A DNA stretch of 64,000 bases from a bacterium (GCA_021786945.1 JAJYMK010000003.1:151299-215298); one strand, 5' to 3'. Counted from the first letter of the stretch, positions 20,215 through 30,318 are shown. A program made the numbers and translations. Notes: generated by a model from the letters alone, not told the origin.

Positions 20215-21522
20215 ATGCTTGATATAAAATACATCAGGGAAAATTCCGAAAAAATTAAAGAAGCTGCAAAAAATAAAAACATTGATATAAATATCGATGA
20301 ACTTTTAGCCCTTGATGACAAGAGGCGTGCTTTACAGTTGGAAATTGATGAGCTTAGAGCTAAAAGAAATAAATTAGCTGAAGCCGGAAAATCCGGAAAG
20401 CCTACTAAAGAGCAGATTGAAGAAGGTAAATCGGTAAAAATTAAAGTTTTGGAAGTTGAGGCGGAATTGAAATTGGTTCAGGAAAAATATATGGCGCTTA
20501 TGGTAAGAGTGCCGACAATTCCTTCGCCGGATACTCCGGTTGGAAAAAGCGGAGATGATAATGTTGTGGCTGGAGAATGGGGAATAAAACCTGAATTTAA
20601 ATTTACTCCGAAAGACCATATTAAAATTGCCGAAGATCTCGGCTTGATAGATTTTGAAAGGGGAGTAAAAGTTGCTGGGTACAGAGGTTATTATTTGAGG
20701 GGTTACGGCGCCGGATTGGTTATGGGTTTAATGATGTACGCCTTACAGAAAATGTCCGAAAAAAAATATATACCCATGATCCCGCCTACCCTAGTCAAAG
20801 GCTTTGCCTTATTCGGCAGCGGATATTTTAAGGGTACGGAATACAATCCGGAAGTGGATGAAATTTATCAGATTGCCACATCGGAAAAAGAAGCCGACGG
20901 ATCGGAAAATAAAGAACAGAAATTTTTGGTTGGTACTGCCGAGCCTTCGTTATTGTCTTATTATTCGGGGGAAATTTTAAAAGAAGAAGATCTGCCTATA
21001 AGGCTTTGCGGATTTAGCCCGTGTTATAGAAGTGAAATAGGGAGCTACGGAAAAGATACTAAAGGTCTTTATAGAGTTCATGAATTTATGAAAGTTGAGC
21101 AAGTTGTAATTTGCAAAGCCGACATCGAAGAGGCTACCAAGTTGCAAGAAGAAATGATTGGAATTTCCAAAGAAATGCACGAAGAACTTGGTTTTAATTA
21201 TAGACAGCTTAGAATTTGTACCGGTGATATGTCTGCAGGAAAATATAAAGCGTATGATTTGGAAACATGGCTTCCGGGCTCGCAGCGTTGGGCAGAAACC
21301 GGGTCGGCTAGTAATTTTTTGGATTGGCAGGCCAGGAGGCTTAATGTTAAATATATCGACAAAAATGGCGAGAAGAAATATGTTTATATGTTGAATAATA
21401 CAGCCATGCCTTCACCGCGTCCGTTTATGGCAATTTTGGAAAGTTTTCAAACCGAATCGGGTTCGGTAAAAATCCCTAAAGTTTTACAAAAATTTACGGG
21501 TTTTGAAGAAATCAAAAAATAA
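20215..21522 (+). CDS. serS: Serine--tRNA ligase
   Basis: MLDIKYIRE, GTAE, YRSEIG, RVHEF.KVE, QARRL. Confidence 0.98.
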   Translation: MLDIKYIRENSEKIKEAAKNKNIDINIDELLALDDKRRALQLEIDELRAKRNKLAEAGKSGKPTKEQIEEGKSVKIKVLEVEAELKLVQEKYMALMVRVPTIPSPDTPVGKSGDDNVVAGEWGIKPEFKFTPKDHIKIAEDLGLIDFERGVKVAGYRGYYLRGYGAGLVMGLMMYALQKMSEKKYIPMIPPTLVKGFALFGSGYFKGTEYNPEVDEIYQIATSEKEADGSENKEQKFLVGTAEPSLLSYYSGEILKEEDLPIRLCGFSPCYRSEIGSYGKDTKGLYRVHEFMKVEQVVICKADIEEATKLQEEMIGISKEMHEELGFNYRQLRICTGDMSAGKYKAYDLETWLPGSQRWAETGSASNFLDWQARRLNVKYIDKNGEKKYVYMLNNTAMPSPRPFMAILESFQTESGSVKIPKVLQKFTGFEEIKK

Positions 21523-21526
21523 AAAT

Positions 21527-21562
21527 AAAAAATCGCCTAGGTTAAGACCCGGGCGATTTTAT
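21527..21562. terminator. Bidirectional terminator between serS and the convergent ORF
   Basis: aaaatcgcc...ggcgatttt inverted repeat. Confidence 0.7.
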
Positions 21563-21859
21563 TTAAAGAAAGTACAATTTTAAGGTGGTAAGGTGTAGTA
21601 ACGCTATGATGATTTCTATGATAAGCCAGCATTTCACCACTGTTTCATATTTTCCCATAATTATCACAATGGCAGTTATTATTCCAAGAAGTGTATGAAT
21701 TAATAGCCAGTGATTTAAACTAACAGTTTTTTGTATAAGGGAATTTATCGGGCCGACTTCATATACACACCCGGTTTTTACCCAAATAAACGTCATTACT
21801 CCATCAAAATAGCTTAAGATTAAAGCTATTAAAAGCATATAGAATATGCCTTTTTTCAT
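21563..21859 (-). CDS. Small multi-TM membrane protein (DUF5658-like)
   Basis: Three hydrophobic segments, D.xxT...G..E.xP pattern; G-rich SD (gggtgagg). Confidence 0.7.
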   Translation of the reverse strand: MKKGIFYMLLIALILSYFDGVMTFIWVKTGCVYEVGPINSLIQKTVSLNHWLLIHTLLGIITAIVIIMGKYETVVKCWLIIEIIIALLHLTTLKLYFL

Positions 21860-22015
21860 TTACCTCACCCCCCTATAGTTTATTTGTTATTTTCAAGGAG
21901 TATGTATTAATTTTCTAACTTTTTTAAATATGTTGTCAATTCTAAAAAAGTTTAAAACTATTTATGATTTTATTTTTCTGTTAAAATTATATAAACAAGC
22001 GGTTATTAATATTTT

Positions 22016-22792
22016 ATGCCAATTTATTCAGACAAAAAAGCGATTGTCAGAAGAAAAAGAATTTTTAGGATAAAAATTTACTTCCTTATTTTTTTTGCGG
22101 CATTGGTATCTTTTGGAATTTATTATTTAGTGCTATATTCTTCGGTTTTTAAAATAAAATCCATTATTATAGAAAATAATAAATTTTTAACAAATGAAGA
22201 AATTATCCGTGATTTAAAACAATATGTTTTAAGAGGTGGGTTTGCCGGCCAGGCCGGTTTTGATAACTTATTTTCTTGGCCAAGCGGAAAAATTGCGGTT
22301 GCTGATCCGGCAGTTTCTGAATTAAAAATAAACAAAAACTGGATAGGAAGAGAAGTAAAAGTTAGTGTTGAAGAGCGTGAGAGATTTGCTATTTGGTGTG
22401 TATTTGGCGGAGATAATTGTTATTGGATGGATAGGCAGGGGATTATTTTTGCGGAAGCGCCATTAACCGAGGGGTCTTTGGTTTTTACGGTATTTGACTC
22501 AAGAAATAATGTTTTGTTGTTAGGATCAAAAATTGAAGAAGATAGATTTGTAGGTAATTTAATTTCTGTTTTGGAAAATCTCAATAAAACCGGTTTTGAA
22601 ATAACAAAAATTAATTTCGATAAAGATCTTCAGGAAATTACCGTTCAAACAATGGAAGGGACCAGATTATTGTTTAGCGACAGATTTAATTCCGCTCAAA
22701 ATATAGCACTAATAAAAGATTTAAACTTGAAAAATGTAGATTATATAGATTTGAGGGTAGAGAATAAGATTTATTATAAGAATAATAAATAA
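22016..22792 (+). CDS. ftsQ: FtsQ/DivIB-like cell division protein
   Basis: Basic N-terminus, one TM, POTRA-like FKIKSIII, C-terminal YIDLRV.NKIYY. Confidence 0.75.
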   Translation: MPIYSDKKAIVRRKRIFRIKIYFLIFFAALVSFGIYYLVLYSSVFKIKSIIIENNKFLTNEEIIRDLKQYVLRGGFAGQAGFDNLFSWPSGKIAVADPAVSELKINKNWIGREVKVSVEERERFAIWCVFGGDNCYWMDRQGIIFAEAPLTEGSLVFTVFDSRNNVLLLGSKIEEDRFVGNLISVLENLNKTGFEITKINFDKDLQEITVQTMEGTRLLFSDRFNSAQNIALIKDLNLKNVDYIDLRVENKIYYKNNK

Positions 22793-22798
22793 AAATTT

Positions 22799-24688
22799 TT
22801 ATAGTTTATAGATAAATATTGAAGTTCCTGCTTTGTAGTCTGGCGAGAGAGGATTTTTAAGCCAGAGATATTCGTCTTGCGGGCTTCTGGTGATTGTCGC
22901 GGTCGGGCTTAACCTAGAAATAGAATTCTGAATATTATTTACGGAAACCGCTAGCCAATTTATTCCATTTTCATTCGGATTTCCCATGGTTGAATTCCAA
23001 TTTTCTGCTTTATTCCCGAAATAATATTTTATATTTCCGCCGCCGAAATAATCTATAGCTATTTTGTCTATTTTTTCTCCGCTAGGCGGGTTATTTACGA
23101 AATCTTTTAAGCGTTTCAAATCTTGACCCCAGTCAAAATTGGAATCGGTTACGTATTTATAGCCATTCATATCTCCCCCAGCCAGTTCATTAAATTTTGA
23201 AAGGAAATAAGGGCTGGCAAATACAGTGCCGGTTATTAGCCAAATTAAAAGGCCGCTTAGGATAACCGATTTGATTCCCAGATTTAATATTTTATTGAAT
23301 GTTGATATTAGTTTCTGCGACAGGCTGCCTGATATATTTTTAGGGGCCCAATAGAATAATTTTTTAATGGCTGTGGAGGTAAGAATATAGACAAATGGGA
23401 GGGTGGGCATTATGTGCCTGAAGCCGATATTTAATGGGCTCTTCATGCTGTAAAGCCAGTATCCGGCCACGAAAATAATCATACAGAATTCAGAAAAGTT
23501 GGTAGTAAGATATTCAATGAATTTATTTTGGGTATATTTTTTTCCTTTATAAAAATTTTTTGCAATGTTCCAGATGCTCGCTAAAAACGCGGTAAAGATA
23601 AGTATCAATACGGGAAGCGATTCTTTCATTAAAAAAACAATAGGGAAATAATACCAATTTCCCAAATTACTGACTTGGCCTAATAGATAGCTGGTATTAC
23701 CACCAGAAGAACGTTGCATAACCATAAGAACTCCCAGTAAATATTCAGCCAATGGTCTTAAAATTTTATTACCGGACATGGCTACAACATTGTCGGCCAA
23801 AAGGCGGTTTCCAAAACCCTGCAAAATTGTTCCGGTGTCGGAATATTGTTTGTCTATCGGATAATTTATGGTAAATAGTCCGTAAACGAGATAGATTAAA
23901 ATACCGCCTATAAAAAATATCAGTAAAAGCTTTCCGAAATCAGTCAAGAAAATTTTGAATATTTTTTTAAACTTATTTTCAGCAACCGGGCTTTTTATTT
24001 CTTTTATTGTTTTTTCTATAAATAGGGCAGCTACTATAAAAATAAAGAATGGCCCGAGAAGAACGGCGGAGAATTTTAATAATTGCGCAAAACCAAAAGA
24101 AATTCCGGCTATTATAATATTTTTTCTAGTTGGATTATAAATGTATTTAAGGAAATAATAGCTTGCCACCAGAATTCCTAAAGCTGCTCCTACGTCTGTG
24201 GTTACATAGTGCCCATGAGCTAGAAAATTAGGGGAAAAAGCGATAAGTCCTGCCGGCAGAAGCGCCCACCATCTTCCCATTAGTTCATTTGCCCAGAAAT
24301 AAGTAAATCCTATGAGTATAAGCAATAGAATCATCGGCATCAGGCGGCTATAAAAAATGATTTTATCGGCGTTGTTTCCAGATTCATATAAAAATTGGTT
24401 TCCTACAGCCCATTGGCCATTAATATCGGTCTGCCAAGAATTTTGATTGGTTGGAAAATTAAGATTTTGGAATAAAAGCGGAATTGCGGCAAGGGCTTTT
24501 ACTAGAGGTGGGTGTTCTGGATTTAGCCTGTAATCCAAAAATTTAACATAAGAATATCCGGCTGGAATATGGGCAAGTTCATCCATGATAGCGGAGTCTT
24601 GTTTTGCGGGACCAAGCATCAATAAAAATGCGGAAATGATAATAAGGGATAAAATTGCTTTCGGTATGTAGTTTTGTAGTTTGGTCAT
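22799..24688 (-). CDS. GT39/PMT-like integral membrane glycosyltransferase
   Basis: DELAHI..G, NPEHPPL, many TMs, DSN.DWGQDL; start set at MTKLQ. Confidence 0.85.
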   Translation of the reverse strand: MTKLQNYIPKAILSLIIISAFLLMLGPAKQDSAIMDELAHIPAGYSYVKFLDYRLNPEHPPLVKALAAIPLLFQNLNFPTNQNSWQTDINGQWAVGNQFLYESGNNADKIIFYSRLMPMILLLILIGFTYFWANELMGRWWALLPAGLIAFSPNFLAHGHYVTTDVGAALGILVASYYFLKYIYNPTRKNIIIAGISFGFAQLLKFSAVLLGPFFIFIVAALFIEKTIKEIKSPVAENKFKKIFKIFLTDFGKLLLIFFIGGILIYLVYGLFTINYPIDKQYSDTGTILQGFGNRLLADNVVAMSGNKILRPLAEYLLGVLMVMQRSSGGNTSYLLGQVSNLGNWYYFPIVFLMKESLPVLILIFTAFLASIWNIAKNFYKGKKYTQNKFIEYLTTNFSEFCMIIFVAGYWLYSMKSPLNIGFRHIMPTLPFVYILTSTAIKKLFYWAPKNISGSLSQKLISTFNKILNLGIKSVILSGLLIWLITGTVFASPYFLSKFNELAGGDMNGYKYVTDSNFDWGQDLKRLKDFVNNPPSGEKIDKIAIDYFGGGNIKYYFGNKAENWNSTMGNPNENGINWLAVSVNNIQNSISRLSPTATITRSPQDEYLWLKNPLSPDYKAGTSIFIYKL

Positions 24689-24710
24689 AGTATAATTATA
24701 TAATAAAACC

Positions 24711-25058
24711 ATGGCTTTTGGACTTATAAAATTTCCCAAAAACGATAAGCATTTTGTATGGACGGATCATTCCAAATCAAAGATGATCCAGTATTTTATT
24801 TCGGAAACAAAAATAAAGGAATTAATAAAAAAACATGAGAGGTTGGAGGAGGGCGTGGCTCCAAAAACTGTGGCAGTGATGAAAAGGAATGACAAAGGGA
24901 AGAAAAAAGAAGAAATGTGGGTTATGTATCAAAAAATTGGTGATAAAAAAACAGGGGAAAAAATGAAGATAATTTCTGTATGGAGATATCCGGGAGTGAG
25001 TCCTAAAAAAGAAATTCCGATTCCGGAAGATGTTCTTAAAGAAATCGAGAATTTATAA
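24711..25058 (+). CDS. Hypothetical protein (possibly DUF4258/BrnT-like fold)
   Basis: WTxHS..KM and KIISVWRYPG pattern; fold assignment is inference. Confidence 0.65.
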   Translation: MAFGLIKFPKNDKHFVWTDHSKSKMIQYFISETKIKELIKKHERLEEGVAPKTVAVMKRNDKGKKKEEMWVMYQKIGDKKTGEKMKIISVWRYPGVSPKKEIPIPEDVLKEIENL

Positions 25059-25775
25059 ATTTAAAATAAATTCTTTTTCTTCTTTGGTGTGTTTTTCCAG
25101 GGCATAGATTAGAGTAATTCTTGGCATTTTTTTGATATTGGCCTTGATAAATTTTGTTTCAAGGGACTTGTTTCTTTTTCCGACTTCGCGTAGCATCCAG
25201 CCGACGGCTTTGTGTATTAAGTCGCGTTTATCTTTTAACAATATTTTAGATATTTTTAATGTGTCATTGAATTGATTTTCTTTTATAAAAGAAAAAGTTG
25301 CTATAATAGCTATTCTTTTTTGCCAGAGATTTTTTGATTTAGCTAGTTTATATAAAACTTTTTTGCTTGTCCTGAGCGAAGTTGAAGGATTTTTATCCAA
25401 TAAATATTCTCCGACTATTTTTGGAGCGGAATTATCAACTAGGTCCCAATTATTTATTTTTTTTGAATTTTTGATATAGAAATTAAAAATTTCTTCCTTT
25501 TGCAAATTGTCGGAGTTTTTGTATTGATTTACCAGAATTGCTAAGGCGCAAAAACGGTGTTCGTGAATTTTACTATTCAGGAGTTTTTGTAGTTCTGTAA
25601 AATTTAAATTCATGTATTTTTTACAAATTTTTCTTTGGGTTGGAACCATAATTCCCAGAAAAATATCGCCATGGCCGTATTCGCCGGGTGCGGTTTTAAA
25701 AAATCGCTGAAGTAGTTTAGCTTGTTCCGTATTTTTTAAGGCATTAAGATCTTTTTCCAGTTGAGAAACACTCAT
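25053..25775 (-). CDS. alkD: DNA alkylation repair enzyme (AlkD family)
   Basis: FFKT.PGEYG.GD.F.G, NNWDLVD, IHKAVGWMLRE.GKR. Confidence 0.9.
   Translation of the reverse strand: MSVSQLEKDLNALKNTEQAKLLQRFFKTAPGEYGHGDIFLGIMVPTQRKICKKYMNLNFTELQKLLNSKIHEHRFCALAILVNQYKNSDNLQKEEIFNFYIKNSKKINNWDLVDNSAPKIVGEYLLDKNPSTSLRTSKKVLYKLAKSKNLWQKRIAIIATFSFIKENQFNDTLKISKILLKDKRDLIHKAVGWMLREVGKRNKSLETKFIKANIKKMPRITLIYALEKHTKEEKEFILNL
25365..25389. repeat. REP-like short palindromic element inserted in frame in alkD (encodes PSTSLRTS)
   Basis: gcttgtcctgagcgaagttgaagga is GC-rich against its context and coincides with an apparent 8-9 aa insertion. Confidence 0.55.
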
Positions 25776-25798
25776 TAATTTATTATAATCTAATAATT

Positions 25799-26797
25799 AT
25801 GAATAAGCTTTCTTTGGGTATAGTAGGCCTTCCAAATGTCGGAAAATCAACGCTTTTTAAGGCTATAACCAATAATCCCGTAAACATAGCCAATTATCCT
25901 TTTTGCACAATAGATCCGAACATCGGTGTAGTTTCTGTACCCGATGAGCGTTTGGAGAAGCTTAATGAAATGTCTAAGTCCAAGAAGAAAATACCGGCCG
26001 TGGTTGAGTTTTATGATATTGCTGGATTAGTAAGAGGTGCCAACAAGGGCGAAGGTTTGGGTAATCAATTTTTGAGTCATATAAGGGAAACCAATGCTAT
26101 CGTAGAAGTTTTGCGTTGTTTTAAATCAACAGAAATAGTTCATGTGGAAAATTCGGTAGATCCTATAAGAGATATGGAAATTATTAATGCCGAGCTTGCT
26201 TTGAAAGATTTGGATACGGTTGAAAAAGTTTTGAAGAGTTTGGAAGCCGAGGCTAGGAGCGGAAAGAAAGATGCTCAAAAAGATTTGGAGGTGGCTAAAA
26301 AAGTCCATGAAAGACTTTTGAGAAACGAACTTTTGGTTGATTTGCGTCATGAACCGATAGTTAAAAAACTTCAGCTTTTGACTTCTAAGCCACAGGTATA
26401 TTTACTGAACGGCGATCCCGAAGATGTGCCGGCCGGACTCGTAGAAAAAATAAAAGCTTTAGGCGCCGACTATATTATAAAAAATATCGCCAAAGATCAG
26501 GATTTGGGAGAGCTGATCAGGAAGTCTTATGCAGTTTTGGATTTGATAAGTTTCTTTACTACCGGTGAAGACGAGACCAGGGCCTGGACAATTGTGAAGG
26601 GAGAAAAAGCGCCGCAAGCAGCCGGAACTATTCATACCGATTTTGAAAAAAGTTTTATACGAGCTGAAACTATCAGCTGGAATAAATTATTGGAAGTGGG
26701 TGGCTGGTCAAAGGCCAAGCAAAAAGGGCTGATCCGATCCGAAGGAAAAGAATATGTTTTTCAGGACGGGGATGTGGTAGAGATTAAACATGGATAA
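25799..26797 (+). CDS. ychF: Redox-regulated ATPase YchF
   Basis: GLPNVGKST, NYPFCTIDPN, DIAGLV, GLGNQFL, IHTDF. Confidence 0.98.
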   Translation: MNKLSLGIVGLPNVGKSTLFKAITNNPVNIANYPFCTIDPNIGVVSVPDERLEKLNEMSKSKKKIPAVVEFYDIAGLVRGANKGEGLGNQFLSHIRETNAIVEVLRCFKSTEIVHVENSVDPIRDMEIINAELALKDLDTVEKVLKSLEAEARSGKKDAQKDLEVAKKVHERLLRNELLVDLRHEPIVKKLQLLTSKPQVYLLNGDPEDVPAGLVEKIKALGADYIIKNIAKDQDLGELIRKSYAVLDLISFFTTGEDETRAWTIVKGEKAPQAAGTIHTDFEKSFIRAETISWNKLLEVGGWSKAKQKGLIRSEGKEYVFQDGDVVEIKHG

Positions 26798-28031
26798 TAT
26801 TTTTGACGTTGTCGTAATCGGCGGCGGGCCAGCCGGAATGATGGCGGCAGGAAGAGCTGCGGAACTTGGCCGCTCTGTTTTGTTGTTGGAAAAAAATCAA
26901 AATCTTGGCAAGAAGCTTCTTTTAACAGGGGGCGGCAGATGTAATCTTACAAATAACAAACCAAATATCCGTGAATTGGCTTTAGGTTATAAAGGTAGCG
27001 ACCAATTTCTGATGTCCGCTTTTTCACAATTTGATGTAGCTAAAACTATAGAATTTTTTAATGACTTGGGCGTAAAAATAAAAGAAGAAGAATATGGAAG
27101 AGTTTTTCCCGTTTCGGATAAAGCACAAACAGTTTTAGATGCATTGCTAAAATACATGAAAAACGGGGGAGTAAAAATAAAAATAAAATCAGCCGTTAAA
27201 AATGTTTCTTTTGATAAAGAAAATAAAATTTTTACGATTCAATTGAAAAATGACGAGGTATTTATGGCAAAATCTTGTGTGGTTGCCACGGGCGGAGTAT
27301 CTCATCCGGAAACGGGTTCGACTGGAGAAGGTTTTGATTGGCTTAAAAAGCTGGGACATAAAATTATAAAAACAGACGCCTCGCTTGTGCCGATAGCGGT
27401 AAAGGATAAATGGATTAAAGATCTGTCGGGGTTAACTTTAAACGATATAAAACTTACGGTATTTCTGGATAACAAAAAACAGTTTATTAAAAAAGGAAAA
27501 ATATTGTTTACCCATTTTGGAGTTAGCGGGCCGACCGTATTGAATATGAGTAAGGACATCGGAGAATTGTTGAGTGCCGGGGAAGTGATTATTAAATTAG
27601 ATTTGTTTCCAAAACTTGATTTGGGCACATTAAAACAAAATCTTCAGAATATTTTAGTGGCCGAAAGCAATAAAAAATTAAAAAACACCTTAGGATTAAT
27701 AGTTCCATTAGCCATTGTTCCGATAATTTTAAAAATAACAGGAATAGACGGAGAAACATTAAATCATAGCGTTAGGCACGAAGAACGTATAAAACTTATT
27801 AATTGTATGAAGGAGATTCCTATGCATATAGAGGGCTTGTTGGGGCCGCATAGGGCCATTGTGTCTTCCGGAGGTGTGGCATTGGAAGAGATTAATTTCA
27901 AAACAATGCAGTCGCGAATTTTGCCGGAATTATTTATAGTTGGTGATTGTTTAAATATCGATCGTCCTTCGGGCGGATATAGCTTGCAGCTTTGTTGGAC
28001 TACCGGATTTATAGCCGGAAGTAGTATATAA
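26790..28031 (+). CDS. NAD(P)/FAD-dependent oxidoreductase (HI0933/YhiN family)
   Basis: GGGPAG, GGGRCN.TN, GRVFP, LFTHFG.SGP, GGY.LQ. Confidence 0.93.
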   Translation: MDNIFDVVVIGGGPAGMMAAGRAAELGRSVLLLEKNQNLGKKLLLTGGGRCNLTNNKPNIRELALGYKGSDQFLMSAFSQFDVAKTIEFFNDLGVKIKEEEYGRVFPVSDKAQTVLDALLKYMKNGGVKIKIKSAVKNVSFDKENKIFTIQLKNDEVFMAKSCVVATGGVSHPETGSTGEGFDWLKKLGHKIIKTDASLVPIAVKDKWIKDLSGLTLNDIKLTVFLDNKKQFIKKGKILFTHFGVSGPTVLNMSKDIGELLSAGEVIIKLDLFPKLDLGTLKQNLQNILVAESNKKLKNTLGLIVPLAIVPIILKITGIDGETLNHSVRHEERIKLINCMKEIPMHIEGLLGPHRAIVSSGGVALEEINFKTMQSRILPELFIVGDCLNIDRPSGGYSLQLCWTTGFIAGSSI

Positions 28032-28036
28032 AAAGT

Positions 28037-28068
28037 AAAACTCCCTGTTTTAAACAGGGAGTTATTTT
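28037..28068. terminator. Bidirectional terminator
   Basis: aactccctgttt taaacagggagtt. Confidence 0.75.
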
Positions 28069-28555
28069 ATTTGCGGCGAACGAAGATCCATTTACTGTTG
28101 ACACCCCAGACGCTCTCGGGATTTCCGTTATTACCATGAAGGATAAGGGTATTTCCGTCTCGTTCAATACCAAATGCTCGTGCGGAATTTTTTTCTCCTA
28201 AAATAGCCAACATCGCTATATTCAGATATTCACCCGAAGGTTGATTTTTATATTGCAGGCGAAGTTGCGGACCAACTTCCGGAGGACACAGCTCGAGATC
28301 TAATTCTTTGGCCCTCTTGTAGATGCTTGATCTGGTGGTATTACTTTTGAATCCTAGATCAGCAGGAGAAACAATTACCAAATTTACCTCTTTTTTATTC
28401 TTACTTACGCAAAAAGCGGCTCGGCCGAGAATGTCATTGGCCGATTCACCGATTTTCAGGCAGAGATTTTTGAAGGCTCTGCGGAAGTCGTCGGCAGTTT
28501 TAAGACCCGTGCCGAGCTTAACAATTTTCCATATAGGAAATTTGTTGGCACCCAT
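28067..28555 (-). CDS. Hypothetical protein of a CPR family with LCPPEVGPQLRLQY motif
   Basis: DLGF and LELCPPEVGPQLRLQY motifs, C-terminal W...WIFVR; G-rich SD. Confidence 0.8.
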   Translation of the reverse strand: MGANKFPIWKIVKLGTGLKTADDFRRAFKNLCLKIGESANDILGRAAFCVSKNKKEVNLVIVSPADLGFKSNTTRSSIYKRAKELDLELCPPEVGPQLRLQYKNQPSGEYLNIAMLAILGEKNSARAFGIERDGNTLILHGNNGNPESVWGVNSKWIFVRRK

Positions 28556-28634
28556 ACTGTTACCCCCCGATTTTATATTAAGTTCTAATTAAATAGTAAA
28601 ATAAACAAATATTTTTGTCTAAGTATGTTTTTGT

Positions 28635-28673
28635 AAAAAAACGCCCCGGTAGGCGTTTATAGCTTACCGGGGC
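28635..28673 (-). terminator. Intrinsic terminator overlapping the end of the small ORF
   Basis: Minus strand gccccggta...taccggggc gttttttt. Confidence 0.75.
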
Positions 28674-28740
28674 TGGTACGGCACCCGTTCGAGCAGTGCG
28701 CCACGGGGCGCAGCATGTAGCGTTTCTTCAACATGAACAT
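28657..28740 (-). CDS. Small 27-aa ORF MFMLKKRYMLRPVAHCSNGCRTSPGKL (not in the ORF track)
   Basis: GGAGGTGA SD just upstream of ATG; own promoter and terminator. Confidence 0.5.
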   Translation of the reverse strand: MFMLKKRYMLRPVAHCSNGCRTSPGKL

Positions 28741-28779
28741 GTGTGCTCACCTCCAATTTTGATTAAAGAACCGGATAGA

Positions 28780-28808
28780 AATATACCCCGTTTTTATTTT
28801 TAAGTCAA
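28780..28808 (-). promoter_or_regulatory. Sigma70 promoter of the small ORF
   Basis: Minus strand TTGACT-17 nt-TATATT. Confidence 0.6.
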
Positions 28809-28812
28809 TTTT

Positions 28813-30318
28813 TTATTTTAAATAGAAATAAAGAGCATTGTTTTCGGATCTGTCCTTTTCTTGTCCGGGTAGAAGATAGTGGATATTTTTTTCCGCTTGT
28901 TTTTTAAATGTAAAAGTATCGGTTATAAACATAACAGTTTGTGCCGGCATAGGAATACCGCGGACATCCGTGCCGCCGGTTCCAACAATGATATACTTCA
29001 TTGCATTTTGCGGTAAAGAGTTTAATTCATTGCCCAAATCAACATAGTTTTGGCTGAACGCATCTTTTACATTCTGATTTTGGCCCCATTCCAAGAAATA
29101 ATAATTATATGTTTGAACAATGAGACATGCAGAAAGAAGGATAAATGAATTTTTTATAAATTCATCATGGCGTTTATAAAATCCGGAAAATTTATTTCTG
29201 GAAATTTCGAATAATTTATAGGCGCCTGCACCCGCCAAAACAAAAATAGGCGGAATCATAAGTATTGATCTTAATGCGTGAGGGATGCTTTCGTTGGAAA
29301 CCACTACGGGAGCTGCGGCAACCGCAATCCATGCAAATAATACCAAGAATTCCCGAGCGGTTTTTTTGAATATGTTCTTTAACCCATAAAAAAGACCAAA
29401 AAGAAAAACAAGTCCTACCGGCCAATAAAGTTCCGGCTGTCCGGAAAAGTTGTGGCGCCAATTATAATCCCCGGAAAAATTAAACATTCCTAGGGTTTTT
29501 ACAACATTTAAACCAAGGTCTCTCAGGGGTGTGGGCGAATTGAAGACGGAAATTTGGGATGTGCGTCCGAAGAAGTCCTGAGGATTTTGGGTAAAATATC
29601 CTATAAACGGAAGGACGGCTATGAAAGCGAATAAAGAAAAAACCCTGAATACTTCCCAGACATCTTGCCGCCTGTTGTTTTTCAGCCAATAGATAAAAAA
29701 GATTATTAATATCAATAATGGAGTACCGCGATAGGCAATATAAGTATAAAATCCGGCGCCATAAATCAAACCGCTGAAAGCGGCCATGAGCCAAGCCGGA
29801 TGATCGGCGTGCAGAGGCTTATTGACTGTATTATTTCTTTTTATTGCCAAAATCAGAAGATAGGCGGACCATACAAGGAAAAACGGAGCCATTATGGCCC
29901 GGAAGCCGATGCGGGAGAAATTTATGTGCCAAAAAGAAATAGCTGCGAAAAAAGAAGATAATAGACCTATTGAAGCGTTACCAAAAAGGGTTGTTCCAAA
30001 AAAATAAATTCCCAAAACAGTTAGTATGCCTATGATTGCGCTAGGCAATCTTAGTACCCATGGATAGTTTCCTAGAAATTTTATAAAAAAAGCCTGAATA
30101 TTTATGAATAATCCTTCACGGCCGTTATTTTCCGGATAAAATATTTTGAAATTACCCGTATCCAATGCTTCCAGCGCGTTGTTGCCGTTCATCGCTTCGT
30201 CGGGATAAAGGCCGGGGGGGGTAGCGTTTATTCCGCCTAAATTATAAAACCTAAAAAAAGCGGCGATGATAATTATTATCAACAAAAAAAACGTTTGTTT
30301 GGATATTTTTTTGGCCAT
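28813..30318 (-). CDS. GT39/ArnT-like membrane glycosyltransferase
   Basis: PPGLYPDEA, NGREGLF, RLPSA, WHINFSRIGFR, multiple TMs. Confidence 0.87.
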   Translation of the reverse strand: MAKKISKQTFFLLIIIIIAAFFRFYNLGGINATPPGLYPDEAMNGNNALEALDTGNFKIFYPENNGREGLFINIQAFFIKFLGNYPWVLRLPSAIIGILTVLGIYFFGTTLFGNASIGLLSSFFAAISFWHINFSRIGFRAIMAPFFLVWSAYLLILAIKRNNTVNKPLHADHPAWLMAAFSGLIYGAGFYTYIAYRGTPLLILIIFFIYWLKNNRRQDVWEVFRVFSLFAFIAVLPFIGYFTQNPQDFFGRTSQISVFNSPTPLRDLGLNVVKTLGMFNFSGDYNWRHNFSGQPELYWPVGLVFLFGLFYGLKNIFKKTAREFLVLFAWIAVAAAPVVVSNESIPHALRSILMIPPIFVLAGAGAYKLFEISRNKFSGFYKRHDEFIKNSFILLSACLIVQTYNYYFLEWGQNQNVKDAFSQNYVDLGNELNSLPQNAMKYIIVGTGGTDVRGIPMPAQTVMFITDTFTFKKQAEKNIHYLLPGQEKDRSENNALYFYLK

